Of a DNA stretch of 64,000 nt, positions 11,800 through 25,046 are shown piece after piece. The position numbers were made by a program, and so were the translations under genes. The notes beneath the pieces were generated by a model that saw nothing but the letters and a program-made list of their open reading frames with translations, did no database searches and was not told the DNA's origin. The first letter of the stretch is position 1; every line of letters begins with the position of its first letter. Source of the stretch: Euprymna scolopes (Eukaryota). Where the stretch lies: NCBI GenBank assembly GCA_053919585.1, contig CM132819.1. One strand, 5' to 3'.

Positions 11800-13250
11800 G
11801 TTGTACCGTTTTCAAATCAATTAAACAGCTTAACAATAAACTAGAAATTATTAAAAAATTAAATTAACAATTGTTTGATTAGAAATTAATTGATATTGTT
11901 CTTTGAAAACTACAGCTTGTAGAATACCTGATGGTTGATTTACTTTTGTTCTGAATGTTTTTATCCAAAAATGCAAGGGTAAACACCTTTTCATGGGAGT
12001 GAAACACACTTGTAGCTATTGGCTGGTTTTCTTGTCAGAATAATTATTAAGAGGATATGTATTATATTATTTAGTTATCCAAAAACACAATACACGATTT
12101 GTTATTTTGGTTTTAGAGCCATGAGTAACCCCAGTAGATTATGGATGGATTGCAGATGTGTGTTAAACCCATCAGCTTTAAGATTACAATTATGCTTTTA
12201 ATTAATTTGTTAAATAAGCTATCATAGCTTTTATGTATCTTTAATTAAAATACTTAATAAATGATAGACGCGTTTTAGTATTTACTAGACTTGAAACATC
12301 AAATGGCCCTAGTTGTATCCCTTTAACTGTTATAAGTACCTACGACTATCTTTGTTCCACATATTTTTTCAACTAATTGTTGGAAAATTAATAACGTGAT
12401 GGATTATCTCCCTTCGTAGTTAGGGTTTCCTAACTATGGAGAACCAAAATGCATTAGAACGAAAGAGAATAATAAAATATTAACTAATAAAACATAGAAT
12501 AGCACCCCTAATTTGAAGTTGTATTAGGATTAATAAATATAAGGTAATGTCATTCTTTATTTCCATATTTAATAAAATATTACCCTAAAACTGGTCTTAA
12601 ATCTAAGTAATAGGATAGTCGATATTTTGTAAACATTGAAGCCACCATTGGACGAATACGAAACTTAACATAACCGTAACCTTTTAGCTAGGTTATTCTA
12701 GCCATATTATAAATATAAAAATAAACTCCAAATATAATAAAAAAAAGAAAATTTATTATGTGAAATAAATAGGTCTAGAAATCTTATTTAGGAATTCAAT
12801 GAATGGTATTATTAAAAGATATTGAATGGCTACGGGTTTTTGTGGTAACTTCTTATGCCAGGTTTTTAAACAAGGATATGAAAATTAGGTGATATATTAA
12901 TATTTACATAAGCTCTTGACAAAGGATGCGTCAAGGAAAATGTTTTCGCATGCTTCATTTCTTTAAGGGAATTTCTTTAAATAATGTTCTATTGTTAAAA
13001 TAGTTTTTATTGAAAAAGTCTGAAGAAAGCCTGGTTATGTGAAAAGTTTCAAACGCCATAATGCTTGAAATTGTCCAACCGGTCTTGAAACAATTGTAAA
13101 TTACAATGAAATACAATTTTTGTTGCAACCAATTCCTTTTTTGAAGTCTTGGTTTTGTTAATACGGTATATTAAGACTCAATTATGAAATGTGATAATTT
13201 TGTAGCTTACATTTTAAGTCATTATGGCTTAAAATTCATTGGTATATGAA
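11800..13250 (-). pseudogene. Penelope-like reverse transcriptase, heavily decayed
   Basis: FRIRPMVASMFTKYRLSYYL.LRPVLG (~12665-12585, cf. LRPIVS..SPTYKLSKYL), LGPFDVSSLVN (~12312-12280, cf. SFDVSSLFTN), LGLLMA (cf. GLPMGS). Confidence 0.55.
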
Positions 13251-14559
13251 AATTTACCGACCCCAATAAAATNNNNNNNNNNNNNNNNNNNNNNNNNNNN
13301 NNNNNNNNNNNNNNNNNNNNNNNNNNNNNNNNNNNNNNNNNNNNNNNNNNNNNNNNNNNNNNNNNNNNNNNNNNNNNNNNNNNNNNNNNNNNNNNNNNNN
13401 NNNNNNNNACGTGTAGATTCTAGCAGTCGCAGATAGTTTGAATCGCATCAATAAGGCGCTCTCTCGGATTATTGCATTTTAGTTTATTCTCCTGTAATTA
13501 GAGCTATTACGGATTTATATATATAACACAATAGACGAATTAAAAAAATTCACATCCCTCAAAAGATCTGCAACACAATTCTAGCTCCACTTGCATGTAT
13601 AGTTCAATCAAAATGTATAAATGCACAGAAGATATATTCATCCTCGTTATTTTCACAAGTGTATTTTTTCTATATTATAATTAAAACTGAATTGGAATCA
13701 TAAAACTCTGTCAGTCTTTCTCTCGATAGAAAAACAAAAATTATAATTATTTATCCACATTTTCAAGCACTCTTGTTTAAAAATAATTCCGCATCGTTAA
13801 ATTTTCAACTTTATGCTGTTCTAATTAAATGCATATTGTCTGTCTTATTGAAGTTTTGTTTATTATTATCTGATGCTAAATGTTAAAGATAAACCTGTCA
13901 TTTAATTTTTCAATAAACACTTCATTTTATAACTTTGGTAATCAAAAATGTTATTTTGATTAGTCAAAACATTAAGATAGATGCATTCTCAAGTGTGTTA
14001 TATGCGCATATAGCACGTATATATAATGCGTTTAAAATAGTGCAAGTATCAATGATAAGAATTGTAAAAAGAATCGTAGTGAAAACAATACATTCCTTTG
14101 AATAATCAAGTAATAAAAATGGAAATGATAATAACGCTACAGGAATGGCATAAAGTAATGCGTACTTTTTCCTAACCAAGCTTATTAAAAAAAAGAAATA
14201 ATTTAAATTTCTAAAAATAGGAAATATTGTAGAAATACTAATTTAGTATTAACTTTATTAAACCATTTATATATANNNNNNNNNNNNNNNNNNNNNNNNN
14301 NNNNNNNNNNNNNNNNNNNNNNNNNNNNNNNNNNNNNNNNNNNNNNNNNNNNNNNNNNNNNNNNNNNNNNNNNNNNNNNNNNNNNNNNNNNNNNNNNNNN
14401 NNNNNNNNNNNNNNNNNNNNNNNGAAATAGTGAGAGAGAGGGAGAATAGAGATAGATTTAAATATATTTATAGATAGATAGATAGGCAGGCAAATAGACA
14501 GATGTATGTATATACGTGTATTTATGTGTTTATTTATTTCGATTACAAGTTTAATGCCA

Positions 14560-15620
14560 TTTTATCGCAATGAATTCTATACATTTTTCTGAATATAATT
14601 GGCTATTTACCATCTGTATAATAATACTTTGCCCATAACTTTCCAAGTGCTAGCAGCAACTAGACCAACTGAAATTTCATAATTTTATTGTATGTGACAA
14701 TTCTCATATCTACAATTTTTCCTATTTTCGTCTGCTCTTTTCACAAATGTTTTCCGAATTTCGATGCAGTGTAACAATAAACACCCGTACTCCTGAGAGG
14801 CACCATCATAGATGTGAACTAATATATCGAGTTACTAACATTAGAAATATTTATGTTTGTTTTATAAAGACATGGGCAATCAAATGAGGCCTTAGAACAT
14901 TTTAACATATAGAAAACTCAAAATTTAGTGGATAACAACTTGTTTACTGGCACAATAATAAATACAATTCAGTATGTTATAAACGAATGGAAATAAGGTA
15001 ACATTTTCACATTTCTTCTGTCAATGAACACTTCAATCACGACTGGCATTCATACAATCAAATAATCGGCTTCCACATCTAATCTCGTTAGAGCCCTTGT
15101 GAGGGATTCTTCATAATCATATGATATGAGGATGTTTCCTATCCAGTAATCAACGTATAGTATTATGCTGGTCTGGACCATTTTACCTAATGGAAATTCT
15201 GCCAAATAAATGTCCTCTCATAGATATAAATAGGTTGTCAATAACAAAAACCCAGCTCTTTAATGTTAACATACAGCGTGTTTTCATAGATACTGGAAAG
15301 GACATTCTCGGTCGAAAAGGAGTAAGTCATTTCATTTAAGAACAATCTATCTGTTTATCATGTCTAATTTTTTGTAATGGTATCAGGTGAACATTTAATA
15401 GTTGTATGAATAACATATAACAGAAAGTGCTATTAAAACGCCCTTCTCTTGTAAAATAATACCATTAAGCCGAAAGAATATTTACTGTATTGCTTTTACA
15501 TGATTTGAAAATAAATGGAAAGTTTTTCTAATAGAAGTAGAAAAGGTAATTTGCTTTAGATCTACCTGAGGGCGCTTCCTCACGACATACTTTCATGAGC
15601 TTGGACAACTACTACATAAC
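14560..15620 (-). pseudogene. piggyBac-like transposase relic
   Basis: Ordered motifs across frameshifts: LLLFDRECPFQYL (cf. DEQLLxFRGRCPFRQY, ~15325), ILYVDYW (cf. LYVDNWYT, ~15160), IFLMLVT (cf. DVLMLST, ~14845), IVTYNKIM (cf. IVxDYNKxMGGVD, ~14690). No TIRs seen. Confidence 0.5.
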
Positions 15621-16147
15621 CGCACCCAATAAGAGAAAGAGATATTATAAAGGATGAGAGTATCATGATAGGCACACGGGTACTAAATTACACTTGTCAC
15701 CAATAGAAGGAGCTTATAGTGCTTTGAAAGAATGGTATCAGAATTAATCTGCACTATATACAAAGTATGCGCTAATCGCTTTAAATTTTGTATTATACAT
15801 AAGAAGTGATACTACACTATTCCTCGCTAAAACTGATGCGTGGCTTAAGTGAATTTTGAATAAAACACCTATTGTATTGAACATTGAAAATAGATAATTA
15901 TTTTGAAATATTATTAGGAGAGAGCGATGGCAAAACTATTAGTTATCCTGTATAAAAATAATCTAATAACTAGGAATCCATTAAATGTATTATATAAACT
16001 GGATGGATATATTTATTCTTTAGTAAACAAAATAAATATGTAGTGTTGAAAGGTAGTGTTATAGCGATTAGATTACTGTTTAAAAAAACAAGAATTTTCT
16101 AAATCCCGTAAAATCGTTAGATCTCAGAATGTGCTTTTATATATTTA

Positions 16148-16949
16148 CTAGCAGTTCAGCCCTGCCTTGTTCAGTCCCTATATACTGTTCACACATTTAT
16201 GCATATTAGTATATATGTATATATTAAAAATGTTTGACTCATGTCCAGGGAACCTACATAAAAAAAATCAAGTGTTTAGACCCAAAAAATGCAGAGGAGC
16301 TTGGTAGAGTCTGCAAAGGTAAACTTTTTCAGATTTGATCTCTTGGCACCCAATACTCGCCCTAAAACTGATTAAAACGCTTGCTGCATGTCTGCATACC
16401 CTTTATGTAAAATTTGAAATGTTAAGACTCAATACTAGCTAAACAGTTTGCTAGAGAACGCAAAAGAAAATTTAAAAAAACACCATCTGGGGTTAGAGCC
16501 CTGATGTAAAGCTTGCCGTATGTCTAAATACACTTAATATAAAATTTCAAATGTTTAAACCAAAAATTGGGTAGGTAATTTTAAAAGAACGCAGAGGTAT
16601 ATATTTTTAAGACTGCCCCTAATTTTTCCCTTTAATATTAACTGTTTAGGGCACAAATAAAATTAGAACGTTTATCACTGTCTACGCAACCTCCATCTAA
16701 AATTCCAAGTTTCCAGACCCAATATTGACGGAGGATTTTATACCGAATTCAAAAGTCAAATATTTGAACCTTGACCCCATTGACAGAAGAATTTCTATCC
16801 GAAAACCGATCAGAAAGCGTTTTCCAAATCTCAGTACCTCTTTTGTAAAATCTAGAGTGCGTAGATTTAAAATAGACGGAAGAGTTTGGTAGGAAGATGT
16901 ACACATAAAGAAACACACGAAGGCAATCCCACTTTTATAGATGTATAGA
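16148..16949 (-). mobile_element. Non-autonomous Helitron copy
   Basis: CTAG at 16148 with a degenerate hairpin; 5' TCTATACATCTATAAAAGTG at 16949; body homologous to 1381-2144. Confidence 0.8.
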
Positions 16950-16969
16950 TATAGCTGTTTACCGTATCA

Positions 16970-17598
16970 TTTTACCAATTCTGCCAATTTTCAGTCTACT
17001 GACTCAGAATTTGACATAAGGGTATTGACTTTTGAGAACATACTTTTAATCGGTTTTCGGACTGAAATTTGGTTGTCAACTATTTTGCCTTTAAGAAATC
17101 TATTAAACTTTTTTCCGCCAATTTTAAGTCTCTATACTTGGGAGTTTAGATGTAGGTACCGTTCACGCGAATAAAACTTTGTAATTTGATTTGGGCTCAA
17201 AACATACATGTTAATGGGTCAAAATTAGTGTCAATCTAAGAAAAGTGACCTCTTCGCATTTTTTGTTCTAAATTTAAAAGAATGTGTATTTAGATATAAA
17301 GCAAGGTTTCTCGTCAGTTTTTGGTCTTAAATTGGCCTAAAATCCAAATAGTTTGAACTTTGTGCAATCTATCATACAATTTATCCTGATTTGCGTTTAT
17401 ATATTTGAAAAAAATCATAAAGGGTACTCGGACATGCAGCAAGCTCTTTCATCAGTTTTTTCAAGAATAATTATCTGTAAAAATGTCAAAATTGAAAGAG
17501 TTTACTATTGCAGGTTCTAAAATACTTCTGCGTTTATTTTTTTTATCTAAACACTTGAAATTTCAGATGCAGATTTCGTGGATATGAGTCAATCTTTG

Positions 17599-17656
<58 letters not shown>

Positions 17657-17705
17657 GCACTAAATTTATAAACTGTAATATGGCCCGAGCAAAGCTGAGA
17701 GTTTT
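16970..17705 (+). mobile_element. Non-autonomous Helitron copy (5' end eroded), inverted relative to 16148-16949
   Basis: 'caattttcagtctact', 'tttgggctcaaaaca', 'tctaaacacttgaaattt' and 3' 'ggcccgagcaaagctgag' are shared with 1381-2144. Confidence 0.75.
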
Positions 17706-17729
17706 TTAAATCTTATACATTAATGTATA

Positions 17730-18792
17730 CCGTAGCGTCCAACTAAAGGGCCCCATTTTAAAACCTTATATTTGTATAATATAACAACTATGAAAAGCTG
17801 AAAGTTTGACAAGTGGTAGTCGTTATCATCCATAATAACATATTAAAATTTGAATCATTTTCCCAGGATAGAAAAATAATTATAACAATTCTTTATTCAT
17901 GTTAAATATAGGAACGTCCAACAGTAAGGGACAAGAGGCGCTGTACATTGGCTAGAAACATTCTATGACGCTTCATCCCTCAAACTTGACAGTTTTTTTT
18001 TCAGTACGTTTTGCACGTACTCTTTCACCCATACATCTCTTTACATTGTTTTTCATCATTTCCAAATAAATTAAATTTGCTTTCATCACTGAAAAATACT
18101 TTTGCCCAATTTTCATAGGTCCAAATTACATACCTGTTTGCCAACCATAATATCTTCTTCGTATTCCTCAAACTAACAAGTGGTTTCTTCACTGGGGTTC
18201 AATTAAACAGCCCTATTTCTTGACAAATTAACATATAAGCTTCTATTTATAACCCTTTTAATTTCTGTTCAAGATTTAAGACTGTTCTTTAATGACATAC
18301 ACTGAATTATTCGATCTTCTCTTATCGAAGTTTTGCGGGGTCTGCCGGATTTAAAACCACTGGCTATTTTGCTAGTATCATTGTAGGATTTAACAACCCT
18401 GCCAACAACTCTCTTGGAACGTTTCACTTTCTCTGAAGTCTCTTAAATGGTGTGATTTTACTTGTGTAGCTTAAAAATATCTTCCTCACAGAGTAATCAA
18501 GTTTTTGGTGTTTCGCCATGGCGGCGGCTGATGCAGCGTTTTCCAATGACTAAGTAAGACTTATTCTTTAGAAGAAATTAAAAAAAATGAATATAGAATA
18601 CTATTTACATTGTTTTTCTCAATTTCGTCCTTTACATTTGGACGTTTCTATTTTTAAAATAAATAAATAATTGATATGATTCTTTTTCTATCTTTTATAA
18701 ATGATTCAAATGGTATTATGTTATTATGGATGATAACGCCTACCAGTTGTCACAATTTCAGCTTTTCACAGTTGTTCTTTCTTACAAATAGT
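17730..18792 (-). mobile_element. Tc1-like transposon with long IR/DR termini, internally deleted
   Basis: TA then a ~205-bp TIR (17730-17935) mirrored at 18620-18792, running into an N gap. Inner and outer DRs gtccaac..aaggg. Transposase from ATG ~18519: MAKHQKL...SGRPRKTSIREDR...KKPLVS...WAKVFFSDESKFNLFGND...VKFEG, truncated before the 2nd D. Confidence 0.9.
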
Positions 18793-19326
18793 NNNNNNNN
18801 NNNNNNNNNNNNNNNNNNNNNNNNNNNNNNNNNNNNNNNNNNNNNNNNNNNNNNNNNNNNNNNNNNNNNNNNNNNNNNNNNNNNNNNNNNNNNNNNNNNN
18901 NNNNNNNNNNNNNNNNNNNNNNNNNNNNNNNNNNNNNNNNNNNNNNNNNNNNNNNNNNNNNNNNNNNNNNNNGTCAGATATTTTTAATTTTGAAATTGCT
19001 ATGAAAAGCAGTGAAATGAGCTTACAAGGTGTCTTGTTTCCCTTTTTAGTGTGGACTGTTAACAGATCTTTGGAAAGTTATGCTAATTTTTCAATTTTTC
19101 GATAATTTTAAGTGCCTATCACTTTATTGCAAGTGTCTACAAATGTATATTTTCGGTAAGAAAACTATATTTTGCCTTACTACTTTTATTTATATGAAAT
19201 AAATAACATATCCAGTAGTAATATTAACCAACAACAAGAACGAATTTTACATTTTGTTTGTTTAATGCAATATTCATTTATCAAAATAACTCACATGCTT
19301 TATGGATTAGCCTGTTTTCAACTGAC

Positions 19327-19398
19327 GCTGTCAATTAGGGGATTTGAGATGGTGTAATACTATAGTATTACACCATCTCAAATCCCCTGATTGACAGC
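19327..19398. repeat. 72-bp near-perfect palindrome without spacer
   Basis: gctgtcaattaggggatttgagatggtgtaatacta|tagtattacaccatctcaaatcccctgattgacagc; 35 of 36 pairs match, with one T:G. Confidence 0.95.
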
Positions 19399-19949
19399 AT
19401 ATTTTTTCTTCTGAAGTCCATCCTTCAACGAATATATGCCATCTTCACAAACTGTCATCTTTATTATTGATAAGAGCTGGTGAATTTGGTGTATATAAAT
19501 TATACGTATGGAGATTATTTATCTTCAAACATTCTGGAATTAATGATTTAATGCCCTTGCTTATTCGAAATTAAAATGATTTGTTCTATTCGAGGGGAAT
19601 TATATTTTATTTAACTTTTAACTATTCTCGTTTTTTTTCTTCTTGTTTAGCAAAGGTCTTTTATAAATCATTTTTTTCCTTTCACGTTAATTTCGTTGTC
19701 GCTTATTTACGCACCTTTCTAATCATATCATAATTACAACCCCATTGATTGAATTATAAAAATACAGTATTAAAACACACTGACATGACTAAATATCGAT
19801 AATTTCTCCCTTACTTGGATTGAGTCGAGAGTAGAGGACGTAAAAACTTAATTCTACGACTTATATAACCATATTATTTTTAAATCTTTCCGCAATCAAA
19901 GATTGACGCTTTGTCAAGATTTTGAAATATTTTTTCAACATTAGAAAAG

Positions 19950-22900
19950 AATTGCACATCTTGGCGTGAGGTTAAAACCAACTATCTCTTCAGATTGGAA
20001 GGTTTGATTATGAATGTCCAAATTTTAGTAGGTCTCCATCGACTGACAAATTTAAATTTAGAATATATCCCCGAAAATCTTAACCGATAATTTAAAGGAA
20101 GCGGATCAATGGCTACTCCTTAAATCAATGTTTAACGTGAGAGCCTATGACTTAATGTCAAATATTTATTTTTCTTCTGAAAATTATATTGTAGAATTGA
20201 TTTGTTTAAAGGGAAAAAATCCAACATCCTTCCAATATGGTAGATCACATTTAAAAGGAAATCTTTCTTCAATCGGTGCAGATTAGAGTCAGAAAAACTT
20301 GAAACATTTGTGAACAAGTTAAACTGGACTAGTCTTTATTGCACACATATTTCGGAACGGATTTTTTCACAAAAGGATTTACTTTTGTAATAATGGTTGC
20401 TCACATTCGGTTCCACAAATCCTCATTTTCAGCTATCATGTTAAATATTAGTTTGTTTACATTATAAAAATTCTACAGGAAGCGTTTTGGCATATAAAGA
20501 AGAGAAAAAATTGCCCGCCAAAACCTCGATTCTTTTTTTTCTTTTCCTAAGAAGGTCAACCCCATATGGCAAGAAGCTCAGGCTATAAGACCATTCATCA
20601 TAAAAACGATAATAGGTTCATAAACACGTTTTAAATAATGTTGGTGAAATATATAAAAGTTGTAAATTGTGTAAATTGGCAGATCATACAGTTTAGAATT
20701 GCTCCGATTATTTTTATTATGACTCGAACGTTCTATGAGTTAAAGAGATTAAAATCAGTAATAAGTGTATTGGTACTTACTTGGTAAAACTAAGAAGCGA
20801 TTTCCTTAACTTGTAGGTTGAGGAGTAAAGTTTCTGTATTGTGCCTAAAGACATCAAAGGTCTTTATAGGAAGGATACCTCATCCGATGTGGATAATTTT
20901 ATGATTCCTATGATCAGAGTGTCTTTGAATGGAAAAGGACCTCCAGTGATTTCCGATTGCATTTTAGACACCTGAAGTTAAAAAATCAATTTTCACCCAG
21001 ACTATTCTATCGGAATTTAAATGTAAATACAAATTACTACCTGGATCAATAGTAATGCCTGTGAACAACTTTATTTAAACGGTGTCTATGGACTTCCTGG
21101 ATCTCAATGTGTTCATAAAATTGAGTTCTCAGGACACTTTTCTTTTCGCTGCCCTATTCACGGACAGTCTTAACTTAACATTTGAAGTAACTAATTTGAC
21201 TCGATTACATCTGGTTCAACGGAGGCAGGTTTTCGCCTCGGTCACCGAATAAGAATTTAAATGGCAATTAGCTTCATGGTCTCGTTGATTTAGAGTTGAT
21301 CTAGACAATAAAGCGTTTATATATACAGTTAAATGCATCGATTGGGACAAGTTGGAAAATTTCGAATAAAATTATCCCATTTGGTGACGGGCATAATTTT
21401 TTATGCTCAAATTAAATAAGGAAACTCTTTGCTGATCATTATCTTAATGTTTCTCATATTTGAGTCGAAGTTGAATCATGATCCCTCTCATTCAGACACA
21501 CTTGCGCGGTTTTTTTTAGGAATCTTCCGTCGGACGCAAAATTGAAAACTTTGCTTCTCTTGATTCCGTCAAAATTGATGAGAGTGCAAAACCGTTTTCG
21601 TATGATAAAGCGAGGATAGCTTAACCCAAAAAGAAAACACCGTGCTAAATGATAGGAAATATGCGGTTCTGTCCTAGGACTTCGAAGAGTTGACTCTAAA
21701 TTCTAATTATGTGTATTCGCAAAAATAATGCAAAGTGTGGCAGATTATTTAGAGCTACTAGGTGTATATAACGGCCATTTACGTGTGTTCGAAGAATATG
21801 AACAAGTTGGAATTGTTGAAATTTTAACTGTTACCCCTGGAAAGTATGAAAAATATTGTTGGATCCCTCATAAGTCAGTCATTAATAGAGGGGCTTTATC
21901 TCACCACTAACATCCGTCTAATTTTTAATTGTTGTTTAAAAATGCGCGGGTATTTCTATTAATGACGCAGCGTGCAATAGAGTAAACTTGACAACACAAC
22001 TGCTTAAAATACTATTCGCCTTTAAAAGATAAATATGACCTTTTGGGAGATCACCGTATGGTTTTCCTGCAGATCTGCTTGCGAACTTAGCAGGGCAAGA
22101 CTACGTTTTGTTTTTCCTCAAAGTGAATGAGAAATTGTGTACCTATACGTATTACTCCATTGATTTGGCTTTAATGCAAGTTTCTTCATTTTGAAATACA
22201 TACTCAAGTTTCATGCAGAGAGATAATACTCAGATGTGTCTTCCTCTGTGATTACTAATAATTTTATGTTTACAATTTTGTCACTAATGGTCGTGATTAC
22301 GACTAACTCCTTTCTGTTTTTAACGCATTTTGTGACAGACCAGGAGACGTAGGATTCGAACTTCGGTCGTTATCGCCTCTCCTCCAAATTTAAAGTATAT
22401 ATACTCCTTTATCCTTACTACTTTCAGTAACCATTCAAGACAAGAGTCGTTATAATAAACTTTGAATAAGCAAACTGTTCAGGGATCAGAATATTCCTGA
22501 AAGTATTAAAGCCTCTTGACAAACTCTTGTTAAATAGTTAAACAAGTTATGTTATTTTGAGTTCCCCAGACGTGTGATGATGGAGGAGTTTATCTGCTTC
22601 TGTGATGGATTTAAACTTACATAAGAGTGTTCCTCACATGTAAAACAAAGAACACAATGTTCACCTAACGCGAAGGCGGATCCCATTAAGAGGAAGACCC
22701 TTCCTACCTCATAACGTATGGCTATCTAACTGGCTCTTAAAGTAGTTTCTTATGTGCTGAAGGCTTTAAAGCCTATCAATATTTTTTTCTATTATCTATG
22801 AATAAAACGTCCATGTGCCGGTATCTTCGGTCTTAAGCGGGAAAGGAACTAAGATAAATATTTTGTGGAGAAAAGTGTACTTGACATAAAAAATGCTGGA

Positions 22901-24400
22901 TAATATTACCCTAAAAATCGAAATTCTTCCTTGGTTCAAATATGTTCCTTCGTCCAAAAATTATGCGGAATGGTTTACAAGAGGCTCTCCACCTCTAAGT
23001 TTGAACAATTATACAATTTTTTGGCTACACGGACCCGACAAGTAAAACTAACTGACCATCAACTGGCCCGTGTTTTCCTTGCTTTGTCTTAAGGACAACA
23101 ACAAGAAAATTATAGCCTGTAGGTTTTCTAATCATTCTTGTACTAAAGCCAAATTTTTACATTCGGATATCGATGATTTTTCATACTTGACTAGAGTAAT
23201 CAACTATTTTGAGAAACTAATGCGGTCCTGTGATAAGGTTAGACACCGACATACACATACCAACCATGGATAAGTTTTGCTTTTTTCCTGTATGCAGAAG
23301 GAAGAGTTTTCCTATGATTGAAATATTTGAACCAACCTTTTAAAAAGGCTACGCCTCGAATGGTATCAGCTCTTGGTTGTTTATTGATAAAGATGGTCTG
23401 TAGCGGATTTAAAGACGTATACAGAATTCCAACATCCACCCCCTTGAAGTTAAATTATATTTTTAGAAAACATAATCGTTTTACCGAATTGGTAATTTGA
23501 GAAGCACATTTAAATTGTTACCATCTGGGAACTAATTCAATTCTTACTACATTAAGGTCATCTGGTTCATGCATATCCTAACGAAAACAATCGGTAAGGA
23601 ACATCTTCCGTAATTTCATTAATTGAAGAAATCAATTGTTACTATATAAATCACACCCTATGATTCTCAGCTGCCCACTTATCGGGGAATTTTTGTTTCA
23701 ACAAGTCTGTATAAACTTTCCTAGACATTTCTTAGTAAAATACAATGATGAAAACGTGAAAATGTACGACAGCAGCATGAGTATACATGCCGTAAATTTG
23801 AAGTTACTACCTGATACTAGATTATTTATATAAGCGTTTATTAGGTTAAGTCATCTTTTTTATATTCATAAACAGGTTTATTCGGACAATGCAAACACAT
23901 AGTCAGCATCCGGCATCATGCTATTCTTATTCTTCGTTTCGGATGAATTCAAAGAAAAAATTAGGTCAACTTCTATTAGTCATTTTACAATTCCATTTTA
24001 TAAGGCTTGTCAAGGAGATGCATTGAAGAGGATGATAAATAACAAAGAACAGCCAAGAAAATTTATAGGTAGAAAGAAAAACTGTCATTTTCACTTCTTA
24101 ACATCTTTCTGATGTGGAAAATACGATCAATGATCGACCGCTTACATATATTTGTGCTTCTGAAAGTGGCCTCTAAATTTAACCTCCTGATCATATTTAC
24201 AAACTGATTGCGATCCACGTTTGTTGATCATTATTATTGGATCGGACGATTTGTCCTGAACCCATTCAGTAGAGTGAAACTTTTTCAACTACTGAAATTG
24301 AAACACAGCGATTAACTGTTTTCTTGAGAGAGAGGCTGATGCAAATATAACAGGCTATTGACCGCAAATGTCGGTGAGAGAAATCGCATTAAATTAATCT
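19950..24400 (+). mobile_element. BEL/Pao LTR retrotransposon internal region (gag-PR-RT-RH-IN), decayed; LTRs not recognised
   Basis: Zn knuckle CKLCKLADH..NC (~20660), protease ILDT*S (~20960), EEYEQVGIVE, WIPHKSVI and SINDA (21790-21970), FGFNAS (~22165), RNase H CFCDG and AKADPIKRKTLP (22595-22710), FTRG and WLHGP (~22975-23035), integrase AHL.CYHLG, AVNLKLLPD, YSDNA and INDRPLTY (23500-24150). Confidence 0.85.
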
Positions 24401-25046
24401 CCAAATAATAATCAGTTTGTTTCTATCAAGGCAAGGTCCTAGGAACAATAGTAAACTTAACTCTGCCTGTGGATTAAGGAACGGTTGCGAACAGGTTAAT
24501 TCCCCGGATTTCGACACAATTTTAGAAACTTCATATTTATCCAACTTTTTCCGTCGCAAAATGACGGGTTATCTCCTTTGGTTTGCAGTGACGTCTGTGG
24601 CAGTTCGTATCATTTTGACTGTACTGGGGTGATTCAATAAAATATTCTCAGGGAATTAATTTGTCCGAATTATTCGGAAAAAGTATGAAACAAAGCTCTT
24701 AGATCAGAATTTATTACGTTAATATTTTACCTATGTTGAACTTATCATCCCTGTTATTATTAAGTTCTTTGTAATCTGGATAAAACTACGTTTATTGGCT
24801 ATGAATACATATATTATAAGCAAACAATGACACATATATTTTCTATTAAAAATACAAGGTTTAATCAAATCCTTGCGACCACCAGTATTATTGCTTGTCC
24901 CATAATTGAAAGTGTATTAGATATTTCACTTGTATACAAAATTTGTAAATAAACTAATAACTATTCGTAACGTCGCCTTTGCTTTTTTGATAGTGTCTGA
25001 GAAATTACATGTCCTTACCCGCGCCACATCTTTGCTTGATTGAATT

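Noticed and set aside
19400-24950. LTRs flanking the BEL/Pao region
   Set aside because: No matching direct repeats, TG..CA ends or PBS could be identified by eye.
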